Shown one piece after another: positions 59,515 through 64,000 of a stretch of 64,000 nt of DNA. The stretch is from a candidate division WOR-3 bacterium (GTDB taxonomy: Bacteria; Hydrothermota; Hydrothermia; B15-G9; WFZT01). Below the pieces are notes generated by a model that was given only the letters and a program-made list of their open reading frames with translations, did no database searches and was not told the origin of the DNA. Within the stretch, counting starts at the first letter, position 1. Each line of letters opens with the position of its first letter. A program made the position numbers and the translations under genes. The stretch is taken from contig JALUEE010000033.1 in assembly GCA_027053075.1 (NCBI GenBank), positions 96,001-160,000 of the forward strand, read 5' to 3'.

Positions 59515-61189
59515 TCTATTTGTTCTTTTGATGGCGGCAAACTTCCTGTTTCCTCTCAGGTTGCCGCCCCTCATAACTGCTGGTTTTGGTGAGTTTAGAA
59601 TCCTCCGGTTTCACGCCGGAGTTGACCTCTCGACACTCGGTAAAACAGGTTATCCTGTACGTGCTGCGGCAGATGGCCATGTAGTTCGCATACGCGCATC
59701 CTACTGGGGATACGGTAAGGTCATTTACTTTCAGGATGACAGTACTGGACACATCTTCGTTTATGCCCATCTCTCAAGATTTAGACCCGAACTCGAACGC
59801 TACGTTTACGAAATTCAAAAGAAACAGAAAAAATACAGTGTAAACGATTTCCCGAAGGATACTTTTTACTTCAAAAAAGGGCAGATCCTGGCTTGGACTG
59901 GTAAAACTGGCACGAGAACTCCCCATCTTCATTTTGAAATCCGGAATAAGGAAAATGAGCCCGTAAATCCATTCTTCCTCTACCACCTGCCAGATACAAC
60001 ATTCCCGGCGGTTGATTCTTTAAGGGTCATCTCTTGTAAGGACGGCGAGATATATTCACAATCAGTTGCCAGAAATGGGGCCATCCTTCACGCAAAGAAG
60101 CCTTTCATCATCGAAGTCATCGCCTACGATCCTGTAGCACGTGAAAATGTTACAAATCCATACAAAATTGAGCTCTGGTCTGGTAAAGAGCTTGTTTATG
60201 CAGTTGAATTTGACACATTCAATTACAGCTATCAGAGGGCTGCCGGAGTCTTTTACAGTTTTGAGGGCCCAAGAGGGGGAAAGAAGTGGATCAGACTGTG
60301 TAATCCCTTAGATTTCACCAATCCATTCCAGCTAAAGGCACCTCGTTGCTATAAAAAATTCGGGAAATACAGGCTCGTTGTCAAAGATTTTTACGGACAT
60401 ACGACCTCTCTAAGCTTTGAGATCAAAAAGGGAATAGATGCTCCGGACACCGCAGGTTATCAGATTAAAACCCCGACTGTCAGGCTAAAATTCAGACCCG
60501 ACGGTGTTTATGCCATTGGAAAGTTCGAACTCAAGAAAGGCAAGGTCGTCAGAAAATTCAATAACGGTGTCAGAAAACTCGACGGTAAAAACGAAATTAT
60601 TCTGGTCTCAGGCAAAGATACCCTTAAAATTCAAAAGGCCACTCTAAGTGTTGATGGGGACACGGTTAAGGTCGGTCCCTACACCATCGGGGAGATTGAT
60701 AAGGGACTCCTTTTCAACTCCAACGTTTATTACCTGCATTTTAAGGGTAAGGACTACATATTTCCCGAGGTATTGCCCATCAATAGACGTATGATGCTTG
60801 CCAGAAACTCAGCTCCAAAAGTGGGAATTTTCAGCTACGACGAAAGGCACAATAAATGGGATTTCGTGGGCAAAGATACAAGTTACGTCATCTCCTTCGG
60901 GGCATTCAAAATGCTCAAGGACACTCGACCTCCAACGGCAAAATTTGTCACAATCTCACGCAAGAAGATCGAAATTAAACTTCACGATAATCTTTCAGGT
61001 ATCAAAAGCGATTCCATAGTATTTTATCTTGACGGCAAATGGGAGCCGGTTCATTACTATTTTGACCTGAAAAAGCTCGTCTATTGGCCGCCATTTAAAA
61101 TCAAAAGGGGCAGGCATACTTACAGACTCATAATTTCCGATAATCTCGGAAATGTTAAAGACCTGCGCGGCACAATTGTCATAAAATGA
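59507..61189 (+). CDS. M23 family metallopeptidase
   Basis: FGEFR..RFHAGVD, YAHL and PHLHFEIR motifs. Confidence 0.9.
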   Translation: MSNLFVLLMAANFLFPLRLPPLITAGFGEFRILRFHAGVDLSTLGKTGYPVRAAADGHVVRIRASYWGYGKVIYFQDDSTGHIFVYAHLSRFRPELERYVYEIQKKQKKYSVNDFPKDTFYFKKGQILAWTGKTGTRTPHLHFEIRNKENEPVNPFFLYHLPDTTFPAVDSLRVISCKDGEIYSQSVARNGAILHAKKPFIIEVIAYDPVARENVTNPYKIELWSGKELVYAVEFDTFNYSYQRAAGVFYSFEGPRGGKKWIRLCNPLDFTNPFQLKAPRCYKKFGKYRLVVKDFYGHTTSLSFEIKKGIDAPDTAGYQIKTPTVRLKFRPDGVYAIGKFELKKGKVVRKFNNGVRKLDGKNEIILVSGKDTLKIQKATLSVDGDTVKVGPYTIGEIDKGLLFNSNVYYLHFKGKDYIFPEVLPINRRMMLARNSAPKVGIFSYDERHNKWDFVGKDTSYVISFGAFKMLKDTRPPTAKFVTISRKKIEIKLHDNLSGIKSDSIVFYLDGKWEPVHYYFDLKKLVYWPPFKIKRGRHTYRLIISDNLGNVKDLRGTIVIK

Positions 61190-62001
61190 AGAAGCCACGC
61201 TCAAAATTAGGCCAGGTCTTTTTAAAGGACAAAAATATACTGGATAAAATCGTAAGGTATGCCGGTGTCAGGGAGGGGGAGTGGATTCTTGAAATCGGCC
61301 CTGGACGCGGGGCACTCACAGAATTTCTATTGATGCGTGGTGCCAATTTAATTGCTTTCGAAATTGACCCAAAACTGGTCTCAGAGCTCAAAAAAAGATA
61401 CGGCTTACTTATTGGTGATCGGCTGATTGTTGTGGAAGAAGATTTCCTGAAGGCTGACCTCAAGGAAAAGCTAAAAGAACATGGGATTCCTGCTCCGCTC
61501 AAAGTGGTTTCTAATATCCCTTATTACATCACCACCCCCATCCTTGAAAAGCTTATCAGGGATAGGGAGCTTTTCTCCGAAATTTATCTTACTATCCAGA
61601 AAGAGGTGGCAAGGAGATTGGTGGCATCACCTGACACAAGCGAGTATGGCTCTCTAACCCTTTACCTTGCCATGTTTTTCGACATTGAGGTTCTTTTCAA
61701 CATACCCAAAACCTGTTTCAGACCCATACCAAAGGTTGATTCGGCCTTTGTGAAAATGAGGGTGCGGGAGAAACCTCCGATAGAGGTGAGTGACCCGAAA
61801 TTTCTGGAAAAACTGATCAGATTTTCATTTGGTGGGAGAAGGAAGAAACTCAAAACTGTTTTGAAGCACAATTTTGGAAAGCTTGAATTCGACAAAATTG
61901 AGAGTGAATCAGGGATTTCTCTGGACAGACGTGGAGAGACCCTCTCCCTTGAAGAGTTTGAAAAGCTTGCAAGGACAGTAAAAGACCATCTCAAAAAGTA
62001 G
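61186..62001 (+). CDS. rsmA: 16S rRNA dimethyladenosine transferase
   Basis: LGQVFL, EIGPG.G.LT, NIPYYIT, QKEVA.RL and F.P.PKVDS motifs. Confidence 0.96.
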   Translation: MKKPRSKLGQVFLKDKNILDKIVRYAGVREGEWILEIGPGRGALTEFLLMRGANLIAFEIDPKLVSELKKRYGLLIGDRLIVVEEDFLKADLKEKLKEHGIPAPLKVVSNIPYYITTPILEKLIRDRELFSEIYLTIQKEVARRLVASPDTSEYGSLTLYLAMFFDIEVLFNIPKTCFRPIPKVDSAFVKMRVREKPPIEVSDPKFLEKLIRFSFGGRRKKLKTVLKHNFGKLEFDKIESESGISLDRRGETLSLEEFEKLARTVKDHLKK

Positions 62002-62174
62002 GGTTTAGACTAACTTCTATTACTCATAATGCATGAAACCCATCTCACGCATAAGATACGCAGGGGAATTATTGTCCTATCCTTCTTGGTGAAAAGAAGT
62101 GTTTCAAGATACATGGCCATTGGTGAATTTTTTGAAACACTGGCAAGAATTTGCCTGCTCGACTCAGAAAAAAA

Positions 62175-62610
62175 CTTCCTCTCCCCGCATAAATTCTTGC
62201 GGGGAGGGGATAAAGGTGAGGGGGTCACATTTTAAAAATTCCTTTCAAGCAAAGATTAAGCTCCCTCTCCCGCTCCGCGGGAGAGGGTTGGGGTGAGGGC
62301 CTACAACTTAAATTTTTTCAAGCGGAAAGCCCTCTCCCTTGCCTATCCCCACAAGTTCCGCTTGTGGTAGAGTTTTTTTTGAACTTGCATTTGATGTAGA
62401 ATATTTTTAAAAATTCCCCACTCACCCATGATTTATGCTTAAAAACGGCAAATTCTCTAATATTTTAAGCCACTTTTCTTTCCCCATTCTCTCCTAACCT
62501 CTCTTTCCCGAACGGAGGAGGGGAAATTCTTGGCTTTCACGCAAAGGTTACGTCCCTGCTGGTTTAAGCGAGAATAAAACTCTCTCCCTTCCCCGGGGAG
62601 GGGAAGTTCC
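62175..62610. repeat. Cluster of REP/BoxC-like hairpins (families A and B) between convergent rsmA and carA
   Basis: Includes CCCTCTCCCGCTCCGCGGGAGAGGGTTGGGGTGAGGG and a CCCCATTCT..CCT..GGAGGGGAAATT unit resembling 41580-41626. Confidence 0.78.
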
Positions 62611-62651
62611 ATAACTCAAGATCTTACGAACTTGCACTTCTCTAAGTATGC

Positions 62652-63764
62652 TCAAAAAGTAGATTCGATCAGGTTGTAGAATTCTTGAAAGAGATATATA
62701 GAATCATGGGGACCGGGTGAATCTTCCGGGTGGTATTGAACAGTGAAGAATTTACGCTCTTTGTCTCTGATACCTTCAAGGGTGCCATCGTTTAGATTTA
62801 TGTGGGTGATTTCAGCGAGTCCCTCCATGCTTTTTATTTCAATGGCAAAGCTATGATTCTGGGCAGTAATTTCCACATGCCCGGTCTCGAGGTTCTTAAC
62901 AGGATGATTAGCCCCTCTATGACCAAATTTCATCTTATAGCTCTTACCCCCGAGAGCAAGAGACAAGATCTGATGACCGAGACAGATTCCGAAAATAGGC
63001 AGCTTCCCTATTAGATTGCGGACATTCTCAATAGCATATTTGAGGGGCTCCGGGTCTCCCGGACCGTTGGAAAGAAAGACTCCGTGTGGTTTCATGTTAA
63101 GCACATCCTGCCACGGAGTACTGGCAGGCACTACAAAGGTCTCGATTCCAAGAGAATTCATTATTCTCAGGATGTTTTTCTTCACACCAAAGTCATAGAC
63201 AACCACCCGATATTTCCATCGTGTGGGCTTTTCGTAAGTTTTGCCGTTCCACATACCTTCCCGAAAAAGATAGGGCTCCTGGGTTGTAACCTGCTTCACG
63301 AGGTCCCTGCCCTTGATATCCGGAATTTCCCGCGCCACTTCCACTGCCTTTTCAGGAGAAATGTCTTTCGTGGTAATATAGACACGCATGCTTCCCTTCT
63401 CCCTGATGCGCTTTGTTATTGCTCTGGTGTCCACACCTTCAACTCCTGGAATTCCATAGGTGTTGAGAAAGCTGGAAAGGTCTCCCGTGGCCCGGTAGTT
63501 CGAATAATGCTTTGAGAGTTCTTTTACGATAAATCCTTCAATCCAGGGCCTTCTCGATTCGAGGTCATCTTCATTTATCCCGTAGTTTCCAATCAAGGGG
63601 TATGTCATCAAGACCACCTGCCCTTTGTAAGAGGGGTCGGTGAGTATCTCCTGATAGCCACTCATTGAGGTATTAAAAACTATTTCCCCACGCGCATCGG
63701 TGTATGAGCCAAATGCACGTCCGATATAGTATGAGCCATCCTCAAATGCAACGATTGCTTTCAT
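62652..63764 (-). CDS. carA: Carbamoyl-phosphate synthase small subunit
   Basis: GYQEILTDPSY, SNGPGDP, GICLGHQ and VQYHPE motifs. Confidence 0.97.
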   Translation of the reverse strand: MKAIVAFEDGSYYIGRAFGSYTDARGEIVFNTSMSGYQEILTDPSYKGQVVLMTYPLIGNYGINEDDLESRRPWIEGFIVKELSKHYSNYRATGDLSSFLNTYGIPGVEGVDTRAITKRIREKGSMRVYITTKDISPEKAVEVAREIPDIKGRDLVKQVTTQEPYLFREGMWNGKTYEKPTRWKYRVVVYDFGVKKNILRIMNSLGIETFVVPASTPWQDVLNMKPHGVFLSNGPGDPEPLKYAIENVRNLIGKLPIFGICLGHQILSLALGGKSYKMKFGHRGANHPVKNLETGHVEITAQNHSFAIEIKSMEGLAEITHINLNDGTLEGIRDKERKFFTVQYHPEDSPGPHDSIYLFQEFYNLIESTF

Positions 63765-63769
63765 TTTGT

Positions 63770-63810
63770 TAGGGGGTGACTCTCCCGCGAAGCGGGAGAG
63801 CCACCCCCTA
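63770..63810. other. Long intergenic hairpin just upstream of carA
   Basis: TAGGGGGTGACTCTCCCGC-GAA-GCGGGAGAGCCACCCCCTA. Confidence 0.7.
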
Positions 63811-63814
63811 TATT

Positions 63815-64000
63815 TTAATCCAAATTGACAGTTATATTGAACCTGTAATACCTGCCAGGCATTGGATATCCGGCTTCACTTTCGTAGTTGGCATCAAACA
63901 GATTATCAACATAGAAATCGAGTTTTGCCCTTCCAATAGACCTTGAGAAAGAAAGATTGAAAACGGTGTATGGTGGAAGGGATTTGAGGGAGTCCCGATC
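63815..64000 (-). CDS. TonB-dependent receptor, C-terminal part (runs off the window end)
   Basis: Not in the ORF track. Manual translation gives ...LPPYTVFNLS...VDNLFDANYESEAGYPMPGRYYRFNITVNLD*. Confidence 0.85.
   Translation of the reverse strand, partial: DRDSLKSLPPYTVFNLSFSRSIGRAKLDFYVDNLFDANYESEAGYPMPGRYYRFNITVNLD

Noticed and set aside
105..63515. Numerous antisense and alternate-frame ORFs in the track
   Set aside because: They lie within well-supported genes and show no family motifs
1..64000. CRISPR array, rRNA, prophage, intact transposase or integrase
   Set aside because: No regularly spaced direct repeats, cas genes, rRNA-like tracts or recombinase motifs seen; the repeats found are palindromic and dispersed

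Overview
Gene-dense 64 kb chromosomal segment of a diderm, probably thermophilic anaerobic bacterium. T9SS-type C-terminal domains, PorU/PorQ-like genes and K/E-rich proteins suggest an FCB-related candidate lineage such as WOR-3 (inference only). It carries a lipB-E1a-E1b-E2-VOC-TRAP catabolic operon, an MNT-HEPN toxin-antitoxin pair, an rseP/prfB/EndoQ/Trm112/PorU/bactofilin/tatD block, two tRNAs (Ala-UGC, His-GUG), several secreted CTD proteins, sufCBD under an IscR-type operator, cydDC, an AT-rich AIPR island, folE2 with a PTPS-III-type gene, an archaeal-type geranylgeranyl reductase plus GGGP synthase pair, rho, rsmA and carA. Main observations not explained by the ORF track: (1) about ten operon-first genes have a -10 box 6-10 nt before ATG and no Shine-Dalgarno sequence, suggesting widespread leaderless mRNA; (2) a family of ~340-bp MITEs with terminal inverted repeats, one with a perfect 9-bp target-site duplication, carrying paired BoxC/REP-like hairpins; (3) a methyltransferase in frame with prfB that appears to start at AUA; (4) archaeal ether-lipid genes; (5) an attC-like inverted repeat behind the AIPR gene. 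All protein calls are from motif recognition by eye; no searches were run.
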